61,040 nucleotides of DNA from a bacterium (GTDB lineage: Bacteria > Margulisbacteria > Marinamargulisbacteria > JABIPA01): assembly GCA_018699495.1 (NCBI GenBank), contig JABIQV010000134.1, forward strand, positions 1 through 61,040. Reading direction: 5' to 3'. Positions within the stretch are counted from its first letter, which is position 1. Each line of letters opens with the position of its first letter. Position numbers and translations under genes: made by a program. The notes below the pieces were generated by a model. The model saw only the letters and a list, made by a program, of their open reading frames with translations. It had not been told where the DNA came from and made no database searches. This document shows, piece after piece, positions 43,256 to 52,726 of the stretch.

Positions 43256-45100
43256 TTACGATATTTTTTTCGTGCCTTGAAAACAGGGCTTATTCGATTC
43301 AATGAAGTATTCTAAGTCTTGGGTGATTTCAGAAAGTTCTTGGTACGCATATTTTCTATAGTTTGTTGTTTCCTGTACCATTTTTGGCAATAATACTTTG
43401 TAAAACTCGATCCCTTCAAATAAATTGTCTTTAAATTCAACAAAATATGATAATTTTTTCTTATCGGGGGCTATCGTCTTGACAACATCTGATTTCAAAA
43501 ATTTTACGTACATTTTTAGTTCGGCAATAAACATGTTTGATCGTGTAATATTTTGGTTTAACAAACTCAATCGTCCATAAATATGCCCGATCATTTCTTT
43601 CAAACTCGATATTTTTGAAAAATTTGCTAAATTTGGGCCAGGGCATATCGCGCTTTTAAGTGGTCTTTTATTATTAATATTTGACTCAATTAATGCACTT
43701 GCTGCTAAATCTTCACATAAACAAACCTTATCAATTACCTGTTTCGTATGAATTTGTTTTTGATCTGCATTGAGATCCATTTCTTCCAATTGAGCCAACT
43801 TCTTTCGTTGATACAATTTAGAGGCCGTACAAATCGGAACTTTGGTAAATTCAGTGTTAGATACTAGAAATCCCTTAGGACAAGGACTTCCTGGATTTCC
43901 ATTAGCGGCTCGTTCCATTTTTTGACTTTCACTGGCCGTTCCTCTAACCGTGTTAAAGGGCACTCCTAAAGGTGAAATCCCACTCAAATACAAATCTTTT
44001 CCCTCTGCATTCACTAAAAGTTGTCTTGTTTCGTCATCACAATGGGTGGCTTCAGGAACAAGAAGGAAAGGCGTCGCCCATCCCGTTTCATCCACTTGAA
44101 ATTCAGACCTTAAGAACTGGTCCTCATTAACAGTCCCTATTCCACCTTGAACGGTTACCTTGGTGAATGGTACCCCAGGAAAAGTCTGCAATTCCTTTGA
44201 TTGAAGAGCTCCATTACAAATTTTAAATAGACTTTCAAAAAGCTCGTCTTTTTTGTGTTTAAAAACATCAAGAATCGGACCTAAAAGCTTTCCTTCAGAA
44301 GGAAAAGCATGTCCCCCACAATTTAATCCAGATTCAATTCTATATTCAGAAACCCATGCGCCTTTTTTAGCCAAAAATTTTCCTTGAATTAATGATGATC
44401 TGTAATCAGAAACTTTTATGACAATTTTTTTCTTCAAGTCCCCTTCTGCATTAGGAAAAAAATCTTTGCATTTAGTAATATATGCGTAAAGCCGGCGATT
44501 AAATCCAGCCGAAAAAATAATCGACGATCGAAGTGTACTTTCGGCATATCCTTTCAATGCTGACAGAGCATCTGAAAATTCGTCTGGAAGTAAGTCACCT
44601 TTTCTCGAATAATTTTGCTTATCCAATTTTGTCATAATGTTAACATCGATTGTGCCAGGAACAACTTTCTGTCTCAACGCATTTTGCAAATTTTCTTTAT
44701 CATTGAGATCCGTGAGTCCTAACATTTTCTCATAGTCTTTTCTTAAGGGAGAGTTGTTGTCTAATAATTCAAAATATTTAGTAAGATCAGTAGATGGTGA
44801 AAACGATTCCCCTTTAATTGTTTCTATTTGGCGTTTCAATATAACGTCTACGAGATTTAAGTACCCTTTTATTCGGCACGAACGGTAATCTAATTGAGTT
44901 TTTTTAATTGGTTCGAAGGGTAACCCTGATTCTTTAGCATAAAACTCACGCATGTTTTCACACAGTTCGTCATCTCCAATGGATATAACCGAAGAAATAC
45001 CAAACTTTCCTACTTTGAGAGGCGTATCTATTGTAAAAGCCGTTCCCATTACAGGTATATAAAATGAATGTGGTTGACGATTATCTAATATTGTTTCCAT
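43256..45100 (-). CDS. Conserved-looking 614-aa protein; possibly an FMN-dependent TIM-barrel-like oxidoreductase with a Cys-containing C-terminal half
   Basis: FYIPVMGTAFTIDTPLKVGKFGISSVISIG, ESGLNCGGHAF and VTVQGGIGT resemble nitronate-monooxygenase/IMPDH-type barrel motifs. This is motif-level evidence only. Confidence 0.6.
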   Translation of the reverse strand: METILDNRQPHSFYIPVMGTAFTIDTPLKVGKFGISSVISIGDDELCENMREFYAKESGLPFEPIKKTQLDYRSCRIKGYLNLVDVILKRQIETIKGESFSPSTDLTKYFELLDNNSPLRKDYEKMLGLTDLNDKENLQNALRQKVVPGTIDVNIMTKLDKQNYSRKGDLLPDEFSDALSALKGYAESTLRSSIIFSAGFNRRLYAYITKCKDFFPNAEGDLKKKIVIKVSDYRSSLIQGKFLAKKGAWVSEYRIESGLNCGGHAFPSEGKLLGPILDVFKHKKDELFESLFKICNGALQSKELQTFPGVPFTKVTVQGGIGTVNEDQFLRSEFQVDETGWATPFLLVPEATHCDDETRQLLVNAEGKDLYLSGISPLGVPFNTVRGTASESQKMERAANGNPGSPCPKGFLVSNTEFTKVPICTASKLYQRKKLAQLEEMDLNADQKQIHTKQVIDKVCLCEDLAASALIESNINNKRPLKSAICPGPNLANFSKISSLKEMIGHIYGRLSLLNQNITRSNMFIAELKMYVKFLKSDVVKTIAPDKKKLSYFVEFKDNLFEGIEFYKVLLPKMVQETTNYRKYAYQELSEITQDLEYFIESNKPCFQGTKKIS

Positions 45101-45355
45101 TAATTACACCTTAACTTGCACTATTGCTAAAATAATCTAACAAAAATGTTAAATTCTAAAGTAAAGAATATCATAAATACCCAATACATATCACTCTTTT
45201 TTGATTACTCATTTTATGAAATATGTCAGCAATAAACTCCAACGTATTCCTCGAACAAACCAAACCTATCTAATCGATCAGGTAAACCCAAATAGTTTAG
45301 CCAAAATTGCCTTCTTTCACAATTTTGACGGTACTAGTTGGGCTTACCTTAGTTG

Positions 45356-45976
45356 CTATTTCGCGTTGCTGAAATTTTTCGAAACTTGTTCCCAATTTAC
45401 GATGTTCCAAAAAGCTGAAACATAATCAGGGCGTCTGTTTTGATAATTCAAATAATAAGCATGCTCCCATACATCTAGTCCCAAGATAGGCGTACATGAA
45501 CAATCACATAAACCTTGCATAAGAGGGTTGTCTTGATTTGGAGTTGAACAAACGACCAATTTTCCATTTTTCATACCTAACCACGCCCAGCCACTTCCAA
45601 ATCGTGTTTTTGCTGCAGTTCCAAAGGCTTCTTTAAACGCGTCTAAACTTCCAAACGATTCGTTTATTGCAGATGCTAGCTCCCCAGAAGGGACACCTCC
45701 TCCGTTCGGAGAAATGACTGACCAAAACAATGAATGATTGGCATGCCCACCACCATTATTTCTTACCGCTCCTCTTATTGAATCAGGAAGGTCCTTTAAC
45801 CGGCCTAATAAGTCAAGAATATCAAGATTTTCAAATTCAGTTCCTTTAACGGCATTATTCAAATTGGTTACATATGCTTGATGATGCTTTCCGTGATGAA
45901 TCTCCATTGTACGAACATCAATATGAGGTTCCAAACTAGTTTTATCGTACGATAATTCAGGTAATACAAATGACAT
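45356..45976 (-). CDS. sodA: Superoxide dismutase, Mn-type signature
   Basis: 206 aa. [24 protein letters not shown] and [18 protein letters not shown]. Confidence 0.93.
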   Translation of the reverse strand: MSFVLPELSYDKTSLEPHIDVRTMEIHHGKHHQAYVTNLNNAVKGTEFENLDILDLLGRLKDLPDSIRGAVRNNGGGHANHSLFWSVISPNGGGVPSGELASAINESFGSLDAFKEAFGTAAKTRFGSGWAWLGMKNGKLVVCSTPNQDNPLMQGLCDCSCTPILGLDVWEHAYYLNYQNRRPDYVSAFWNIVNWEQVSKNFSNAK

Positions 45977-46014
45977 AATAGTCTCCTTTTTTTGTTTTAA
46001 ACGTAATTACTTTT

Positions 46015-46620
46015 CTATTCGCCGAAATAAGTGGTCAAACCATCCGTATTTGGTTTCATTGCCTTTTTACCCTTTGTCCAATTTGCCGGACAAACTTCGC
46101 CATGTTCTTCTGTAAACTGTAAAGCGTCTACCATACGTAACGTTTCTTCAACACTTCGTCCCAATGGGAGATCGTTTACAACTTGATGGCGAACAATTCC
46201 GTCTTTGTCTATTAAAAATAGTCCCCTATACGCTGCCCCAAGACCTTCTACTAGTACGTCAAAATCTTTCGAAATTTGTTTGTTGAAATCTGAAACGATT
46301 GGATACGTAACTCCTTGGATTCCACCTTTATCTTTAGGCGTATTTAACCAAGCAGCATGGGAAAACCACGAATCAACAGACACTGCTACTACTTGAGTAT
46401 TCCTTGTTTCAAATTCTCCCAATTTTTCCTGGAACGCATGTAACTCCGTCGGACATACAAATGTAAAGTCTAATGGGTAGAAAAATAATACCGTATATTT
46501 TCCTCTCAAATCACTTAATTTATATGAATCAACAACTTCTCCTCCATCAATCACTGCTTTTGCAGTAAAATCCGGAGCTTTCTTTCCTACTAAAACACCC
46601 ATATTTACACTTCCTTTCAT
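46015..46620 (-). CDS. ahpC: Typical 2-Cys peroxiredoxin (AhpC/Prx1 family)
   Basis: Peroxidatic Cys in DFTFVCPTE and resolving Cys in EVCPANW. The likelier start is ATG 46602 (MGVLVGKKAPDF), behind AAAGGAAG. Confidence 0.92.
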   Translation of the reverse strand: MKGSVNMGVLVGKKAPDFTAKAVIDGGEVVDSYKLSDLRGKYTVLFFYPLDFTFVCPTELHAFQEKLGEFETRNTQVVAVSVDSWFSHAAWLNTPKDKGGIQGVTYPIVSDFNKQISKDFDVLVEGLGAAYRGLFLIDKDGIVRHQVVNDLPLGRSVEETLRMVDALQFTEEHGEVCPANWTKGKKAMKPNTDGLTTYFGE

Positions 46621-46908
46621 TTATCAATAATGTATTTATAATAAGGACTGTCACTATGGAACACCTCTTATTGAATAAACATCTGTTGAAGCACTAGTAT
46701 ATCTAACAGAATCAAGTTCTGAAAGAGATACTCGTTTATAATCATGAATTACTTGGGTTTCGATGCTTCTTAAAGTGGGCACGACGTTAATACACCAACG
46801 ACCTGAACTTTTCTCCGGCATGCCCCGAAATAGTCAGTTCTACTAAGGTTATATTTTAAATAGAAGCCCAGACTAATCTCTAAGGTATTTCTCAAATAAG
46901 GAACAGAC

Positions 46909-47919
46909 ATGGACAAAAATTTAATAATCAAAGATTTAGAAAACTTATGTAAAAAACATAATTTAACCCACAGTGACGAGCTATTTGACTCGATTACAAC
47001 CTTACTTCGATCGTCAACCGAACATCCAGATTCAGCTGACCATAAATTAATATCAACCAGTCTTTCCGAACTCAGGAAAGCATTTAATTTGTTTTATCGA
47101 TATAAAGATATAAGAAAAATAGCTCTTTTTGGGTCTGCTCGAACCAAGTCCGACAATCCCGAATATCGATTGGCAGAACAGTTTTCTGGGCTTGCAACGT
47201 CATCTGGATTTATGGTAATTACGGGAGCCGGCCCTGGAATTATGGAAGCTGGAAATAAAGGAGCCCGCGTCAATATGAGTTTTGGCGTCAACATTTTTTT
47301 GCCTTTTGAACAAAGTGCAAACGACTATATTAAAAACGACTCTAAACTCGTCTCCTTTAAATACTTTTTTAATCGAAAACTTATCTTTATCAAAGAATCA
47401 GATGCCACCGTGTTATTCCCAGGAGGATTTGGAACTCATGACGAAGGATTTGAGGTATTGACCCTTATTCAGACAGGCCGATGCGCGCCTCGTCCCGTGG
47501 TGCTTATCTGTGAAGAAGGCAACGACTATTGGGACGTCTGGGAAGACTTTGTCCAACGTTCATTGAAGGAGCAAGGCTACATATCAAAATACGATTTAGG
47601 CTTATATAAAAAATTTCATAATAATTCGGATGCAATGGCGTATATCAATAATTTTTATTCCGTCTATCATTCCATTCGTTACTTTAAGGACCATTCTATT
47701 ATTCGATTAAATAAAAAACTGTCTCCCCAGCAACTAAACGACGTTAACAAAGCCTTTGGATACCTTGCGGAGACTGGGAAAATAGAACAAAAACATTCAC
47801 GTTTTCTTCCAGAAGATAACAGTCAGTACCCGCAAAAATATAGGCTCATCTTTCATTTTAATAAAATTCATTATGGAAGACTCATCAAAATGATCCATTT
47901 CCTAAATACATTTTCTTAA
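46909..47919 (+). CDS. LOG-family (TIGR00730 / PpnN-like) nucleotide nucleosidase-type protein
   Basis: 336 aa. ALFGSART...VITGAGPGIMEAGNKGA and the LOG motif PGGFGTHDEGFE. Has N- and C-terminal extensions. Confidence 0.8.
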   Translation: MDKNLIIKDLENLCKKHNLTHSDELFDSITTLLRSSTEHPDSADHKLISTSLSELRKAFNLFYRYKDIRKIALFGSARTKSDNPEYRLAEQFSGLATSSGFMVITGAGPGIMEAGNKGARVNMSFGVNIFLPFEQSANDYIKNDSKLVSFKYFFNRKLIFIKESDATVLFPGGFGTHDEGFEVLTLIQTGRCAPRPVVLICEEGNDYWDVWEDFVQRSLKEQGYISKYDLGLYKKFHNNSDAMAYINNFYSVYHSIRYFKDHSIIRLNKKLSPQQLNDVNKAFGYLAETGKIEQKHSRFLPEDNSQYPQKYRLIFHFNKIHYGRLIKMIHFLNTFS

Positions 47920-48112
47920 CTATCTATTAAATCCTTTGGAACTTTTGATAAGAGTCAATTGTAATTTATACAACGGAAATAAAGTACCAAAACGCTTGTA
48001 ATGACAATTCTTGGCTTTTCCGACAGTTCTGATGTTCAGAATTTTTCTTATCAATGGTATATTCATATCGTTCGAGTAACTAAAAATATCAAAAATCAAG
48101 GGAGACTTAGAC

Positions 48113-48724
48113 ATGTGGGATTTATTTATAAAAGGTGGCCCAGTCATGTTTTTATTACTTGGGTGTTCATTTATTGGATTGTACGTAACAATTTTAAAAG
48201 TAATGTTTCTAAGCCAAAATAAACTTCCTAATAAAAGTATTAAAACCATTAAACAATTTCTTTTAAGTGAAGGAAAAGCAAAAACAATACAGCGACTTCA
48301 TCAAAAACAAAACTTGTCGTCAACGATCATTGGATCCTCTATTAAATATAGCGACCTCCCTTTAGAAGAAATTGAAGCATCATTAAAATCATTGACTCAA
48401 AAGACCGTTGTTAAAATTGATAATGGGCTAAATATTATTTCTAGTATAATTACCGTTACTCCTATTCTTGGTATTTTAGGAACCGTTTTAGGACTAATGG
48501 ACATTTTTAATGTTATTTCTGGAGGTGGAATCGGACAACCTGAATTGCTTTCTAGCGGAATCGCTGAGGCTCTTATTACGACAGTTTCTGGTCTTTCAGT
48601 TGCAATTCCTTTTATCTTTATTTATCAATGGTTAACGAGAGAAAATGACTTATTTTTAATTGATATCAATTTAGCATCAAGCGAAATCGTTCGATTTTGT
48701 AAATCAGAAGGAGTTCAGCCATAA
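48113..48724 (+). CDS. exbB: MotA/TolQ/ExbB-family proton channel
   Basis: 203 aa with 3 TM helices. GILGTVLGLMDIF and IAEALITTVSGLSVAIPFIFIY. Confidence 0.9.
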   Translation: MWDLFIKGGPVMFLLLGCSFIGLYVTILKVMFLSQNKLPNKSIKTIKQFLLSEGKAKTIQRLHQKQNLSSTIIGSSIKYSDLPLEEIEASLKSLTQKTVVKIDNGLNIISSIITVTPILGILGTVLGLMDIFNVISGGGIGQPELLSSGIAEALITTVSGLSVAIPFIFIYQWLTRENDLFLIDINLASSEIVRFCKSEGVQP

Positions 48725-49137
48725 AAAAGCTCCACCTTTTCCCGAAACGAACAAAGAAGACGCATAGAATTGATATAACATCTCTTATCGATGTTATATT
48801 TATTCTTCTAATATTTTTTGCCGTATCTACGACGTTAGTTCTTAATAGACAAGGCATCGAAATGACATTACCTAGTGCAAAATCGGCCGTTAAACATGAT
48901 AAAAAAAACTTAGTCCTATCTATCGATAAAGACCAAAACATATTTCTAGATAATGCCGCTATTGAAAAAAAAGAGTTGAAACAGTTAATCCAAACTTATA
49001 AATCTGAAAAAAATGATTTAAGTGTAACTTTAGAAGCAGATAAATTAGTTCCCTATGATCTCATTATTTCTGTTCTTGATGAAGTTAGAATGGGAGGTTG
49101 TTATTCAGTAGTATTGAATGTTAAGCAGTCCTCATGA
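48721..49137 (+). CDS. exbD: ExbD/TolR-family protein; the N-terminal TM segment lies upstream of the ATG used in the ORF track, and the apparent start codon is ATA
   Basis: In-frame translation from 48721 gives IKKLHLFPKRTKKTHRIDITSLIDVIFILLIFFAVSTTLVLNRQGIEMTLPSA..., the canonical ExbD TM helix. There is no ATG/GTG/TTG/CTG between the in-frame stop at 48700 and ATG 48862. AAGGAG (48708..48713) lies 7 nt before ATA 48721. Confidence 0.75.
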   Translation: MKKLHLFPKRTKKTHRIDITSLIDVIFILLIFFAVSTTLVLNRQGIEMTLPSAKSAVKHDKKNLVLSIDKDQNIFLDNAAIEKKELKQLIQTYKSEKNDLSVTLEADKLVPYDLIISVLDEVRMGGCYSVVLNVKQSS

Positions 49138-49754
49138 ACCTAGAACAACGTCGTCGTTTAGTCGCATTTTCACTTTCCTTACTTATTCATATTTTCCTAC
49201 TCTCTCTCTCTCTTCCTGGACCACGCCTTAACGTAACAAAGCAAACTCCAAGAATCCCTATTATTATGACTTTAGACCAACCAAAACAAGCATCGAATGG
49301 AAAAGTTAAGTCAAATAAACAAATTGAAAAAAAGCAAAAAAAGACTAAAAAAGTTAAAATAAAGCGTCCAACAAAAAAGCTATCCACTAAGAAAAAAATT
49401 GCAAAAACGACAATCAAAAAAAAAGACCCTGAAAAAATTGTTGAAAAAATTGAACCGATTTCTCAGCCACAGCGACAACCAGGGGATAGAGACAGTCCTT
49501 CTGTTTCACAATCAACCTCTCCAGTTTATCCGAAACGCGCGCTCAATAATGATTGGACCGGTCGAATTATAATCGACGTTCTTATCGACGAACAAGGTAT
49601 TCCAATTTCTCATACTATTATAAAATCAACAGGACATGATAGTTTAGATTCGAGTTTTATTCAGACTGTCCTATCAAACTATTCATTTCACTCAAAACGT
49701 GAGTTTGGGAAAAACGTAAAAGGAAATTTAAGGCTATCTTATGACTTTGACTAA
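49134..49754 (+). CDS. tonB: TonB-family energy transducer
   Basis: 206 aa. N-terminal TM helix, Lys/Pro-rich spacer, C-terminal TonB_C-like block YPKRALNNDWTGRIIIDVLIDEQGIPISHTIIKSTGHDSLD. The start overlaps the exbD stop (ATGA). Confidence 0.88.
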   Translation: MNLEQRRRLVAFSLSLLIHIFLLSLSLPGPRLNVTKQTPRIPIIMTLDQPKQASNGKVKSNKQIEKKQKKTKKVKIKRPTKKLSTKKKIAKTTIKKKDPEKIVEKIEPISQPQRQPGDRDSPSVSQSTSPVYPKRALNNDWTGRIIIDVLIDEQGIPISHTIIKSTGHDSLDSSFIQTVLSNYSFHSKREFGKNVKGNLRLSYDFD

Positions 49755-51990
49755 ATTTAATTTATATCACGTCTGTCGTTCGATCATACAACCAGTTTCG
49801 AGATGGCTCCACTTAATCAATTCGGCTCAAAAAGCAAGGCTTCTACTCATACTTTTTCTTTTTAATTTTTCAGCATTAAAAGCTGAACTTGTTATTATTG
49901 ATACCACCCCATCTTCAACGTCGTTAACCGCTCCAAGCTCAGTCCTTCCACCCGTAATAGAAAAAAAAGACATAATGGAAGAACCCTCGACAGATGCTTC
50001 TTTAGACATTCCTAATCACCAGCATCTTTCATTGGCTGAAATTAGCTCTATAAATTCTCAAATGACCCCATCTCCATCAATAGAAACAGGAGCCTCCTTC
50101 TCAACCAAAAACAGACAATTAGCTTCTAAAAAATTGCTGAAAAAGGCTGTTGTTTTAGAAAACGAATTTATACGGATTGTCGTTAACAAAGGTCCTATTG
50201 ATGAGGGCCGATTTGCTATCGAAACAACACTCGGCGATCCCGAAAATAACGATGACGATTACCAATCTTTAATATTTGGAAAACCTATTCCTTGGACATC
50301 CTATTCAACTGTTTTTATCGATGATGCCCCGTATGTTTTCGGAGGAAAAAATAAAAAAATTCAAAAACGATCAGGATCCCATTTTAATTATGGAAAAGTA
50401 ATATCTCAACAAAAAATCGAAAATGCTATTGAAACCGTCTCATCATTTGATTCTAATATTGAAGCGAAACAACGACTATCCTTTTTTCGAAACCCTTCTA
50501 CAAAAATAAAGGACACCACTTTAATTCATTATACAATCACAAATAATGACTCTGTCACACACAATGTTGGGTTTCGTATCCTCTTAGATACAAAATTGGG
50601 CCAAAACGATGCGGCTCCTTTTAGAATGGGCCCCCATGCCATAGATTCAGAAATTCAATTTCAGTCGTCCGACCTTCAAGACTTTTGGCAAACGTTCGAT
50701 GACCTCGTCAGCCCCAATATTATCGCGCAGGGCACCTTGAATTTGCCTGAAGAAGGTATCTTCACGCCTGACCAAATCACACTTGCGAATTGGGGAACGT
50801 TAGTGGATCACCCATGGGAGATTCCATACGAAAAAGGGCGATCATTTGTACGAGAAGGGGAATTTGAACACGATACATCCTTAACGTTATTATGGAAGCC
50901 TAAACCCCTTGGACCGGGTGCATCCTTCGATTATAAAACGCTTTACGGACTAGGCGGTCTCTCCCTCCAACCCGGGGAACTTTCGCTGGGACTTACAGCT
51001 CCTGCCGAATTAATTTCTACATCTAAAAAAGAAATTTTGGTTATAGGTTATATTCTCAATTCCGGGGGATTTGACTCAAAGAACACAACGATATCATTGG
51101 TCGCCGATACCTCGTTTAAAATTGTAGAAGGCGAACAAACCATAAATATAGGGAAACTAGAAGTTGGAGATACTTATCAATCATCTTGGAAAATAGCATT
51201 AACTGGAAGAAATGGTTCTGGGACAAAAAAAATAACAATGGTGGTTACCTCGACAACCTTAGAAGGAAATCAGACCAGTCGTCAAATTGAGCTACTTCCT
51301 CCTCCTCAACTCACATCGTCTATTATGGTTGAGCCCAAAGGTAACACCTATTTTTCAGTCAATTACATCTTAAAAAATCCTACTCGATTTATATTATCAT
51401 CAATAAAAAATTCGATAACTACCTCCAAAAAACTAGTTCTTCCATGGTTCGAGTTAAACCATAAAACAATAAACAATCTTCAACCTGGAGAAACAAAAAA
51501 ATTAAATTGGATAATCAAAACCAATCAGGCTCTATCAACTGAAAAAGTAAGCATTCGTTCTGTCTCAGATATGACGCTACCAATAGTAAAACAACGTTAT
51601 ATCAAACCTACAAACGATCCCGTTATTAACTGGAAAATGTCAGTTACAGATCCGATTATTCAAAATAAATCACTCATCAGCGTTTCGTTAACTCCGCTAA
51701 ATTCAACGTCTGCGACAGCTACCTATTCCATTGACTATGACCCTACTAAATTACAGTTTTTGAGACTATCTCTTCCAGTTAATGAAACTATGGATGACAT
51801 TCTCCGTAACGTTTCACATACGACTCATTCTGTTTCTATAAAAAATCAACTAATTAACAAATCTTCGACTTCTTGGATAACTGGTCATTTCAGAGCAATC
51901 GATACCGGAAACGTGCCGCTAACTTTCAAAAAAAATGATTCTGTCGAATCCGAAATTTTAATAAAAATAATACCTCTAAAAGGAAGCTAA
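49741..51990 (+). CDS. Large secreted/envelope protein, beta-rich, unknown function
   Basis: 749 aa. Signal-peptide-like LLLILFLFNFSALKA, Ser/Thr/Pro linker, repeated CARDB/NEW3-like segments (LEVGDTYQSSWKI, LQPGETKKLNWII) and a cohesin-like C terminus (YSIDYDPTKLQFLRLS). Overlaps tonB by 14 nt. Confidence 0.7.
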   Translation: MTLTKFNLYHVCRSIIQPVSRWLHLINSAQKARLLLILFLFNFSALKAELVIIDTTPSSTSLTAPSSVLPPVIEKKDIMEEPSTDASLDIPNHQHLSLAEISSINSQMTPSPSIETGASFSTKNRQLASKKLLKKAVVLENEFIRIVVNKGPIDEGRFAIETTLGDPENNDDDYQSLIFGKPIPWTSYSTVFIDDAPYVFGGKNKKIQKRSGSHFNYGKVISQQKIENAIETVSSFDSNIEAKQRLSFFRNPSTKIKDTTLIHYTITNNDSVTHNVGFRILLDTKLGQNDAAPFRMGPHAIDSEIQFQSSDLQDFWQTFDDLVSPNIIAQGTLNLPEEGIFTPDQITLANWGTLVDHPWEIPYEKGRSFVREGEFEHDTSLTLLWKPKPLGPGASFDYKTLYGLGGLSLQPGELSLGLTAPAELISTSKKEILVIGYILNSGGFDSKNTTISLVADTSFKIVEGEQTINIGKLEVGDTYQSSWKIALTGRNGSGTKKITMVVTSTTLEGNQTSRQIELLPPPQLTSSIMVEPKGNTYFSVNYILKNPTRFILSSIKNSITTSKKLVLPWFELNHKTINNLQPGETKKLNWIIKTNQALSTEKVSIRSVSDMTLPIVKQRYIKPTNDPVINWKMSVTDPIIQNKSLISVSLTPLNSTSATATYSIDYDPTKLQFLRLSLPVNETMDDILRNVSHTTHSVSIKNQLINKSSTSWITGHFRAIDTGNVPLTFKKNDSVESEILIKIIPLKGS

Positions 51991-51992
51991 AA

Positions 51993-52511
51993 ATGATAAA
52001 AAAAATATGTTCGATTTTTCTAATATTCACGTTGCTAGGTCAGTCACTAATTTTTGCGCAAACTATTTCTGATATTTCACCAAAAAACGACACCTACCAG
52101 TCTATAAAATTTGTCGTTAAAAATCATTATTTGTCGGTAAATGACTCTAACAAGTTTAGAGGTAATGCCTTTCTTAAACGATCAGAGGCTGCGACAATGA
52201 TCTACAAACTTGATCAAGCGATTCACTCAAATAAGTTATCCTTAACTAAAATTCAGATTGATGAACTCACTAACCTATCAAGAACATTTAAACCCTTTAT
52301 TTTGGAAACTGAGAAACAAAAAAAATCGACAGAAACTAAATTGGCCGAATTTGAACATAATCAAAAAGTAATTATTAACGATCTCACAATTATTAACGAA
52401 TCCTTAAAAAATCAACTCATTTCCATGAAAAAGGAACATTACGATCATGTTTTATACCTTTCCGTTGGTATTATCGGAGCTGGAATTCTTGGAATCCTAT
52501 CTGGGAACTAA
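51993..52511 (+). CDS. Small envelope protein: signal peptide + SLH-like domain + coiled coil + C-terminal TM anchor
   Basis: 172 aa. ISDISPKNDTYQSIKFVVKNHYLSVNDSNKFRGNAFLKRSEAATMIYKL fits the SLH pattern (F/I-x-D...F-x-x-x-x-x-x-R-x-E-A-A). Heptad-like middle region. C-terminal VLYLSVGIIGAGILGIL. Confidence 0.6.
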   Translation: MIKKICSIFLIFTLLGQSLIFAQTISDISPKNDTYQSIKFVVKNHYLSVNDSNKFRGNAFLKRSEAATMIYKLDQAIHSNKLSLTKIQIDELTNLSRTFKPFILETEKQKKSTETKLAEFEHNQKVIINDLTIINESLKNQLISMKKEHYDHVLYLSVGIIGAGILGILSGN

Positions 52512-52640
52512 AATAGCCTTTTTATTTCATCGTAATTGATGTATAGTTCCAAAAACTTTTTTTGGATGGGCTACTTATTTTTATGTTTTTTAAATAAACG
52601 ATATAATAGTAAAATTAAGGCATTCGCATTCAACTCGAGA

Positions 52641-52668
52641 AATACAATAGATTAACATTAATTGTATT
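52641..52668. promoter_or_regulatory. 8-bp inverted repeat between a TATAAT box and the aclB SD
   Basis: AATACAAT-N12-ATTGTATT. TATAAT at 52602..52607; aclB ATG at 52727. Confidence 0.3.
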
Positions 52669-52726
52669 ATTCAAGTCAAAAAAAGACACCTACAAATAAA
52701 AACGATAGATAAAAAGGAGATCATCC

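Noticed and set aside
47946-47966. Fur-box-like TGATAAGAGTCAATTGTAAT upstream of exbB
   Set aside because: Only about 9 of 19 positions match the GATAATGATAATCATTATC consensus. That is not distinguishable from background in AT-rich DNA.
47920-48249. 109-aa minus-strand ORF (and 48001..48222 on the plus strand) upstream of and overlapping the exbB start
   Set aside because: It overlaps the well-supported exbB N terminus and its SD (AAGGGAG). It has no recognisable motif and atypical composition, so it probably just fills an intergenic promoter region.
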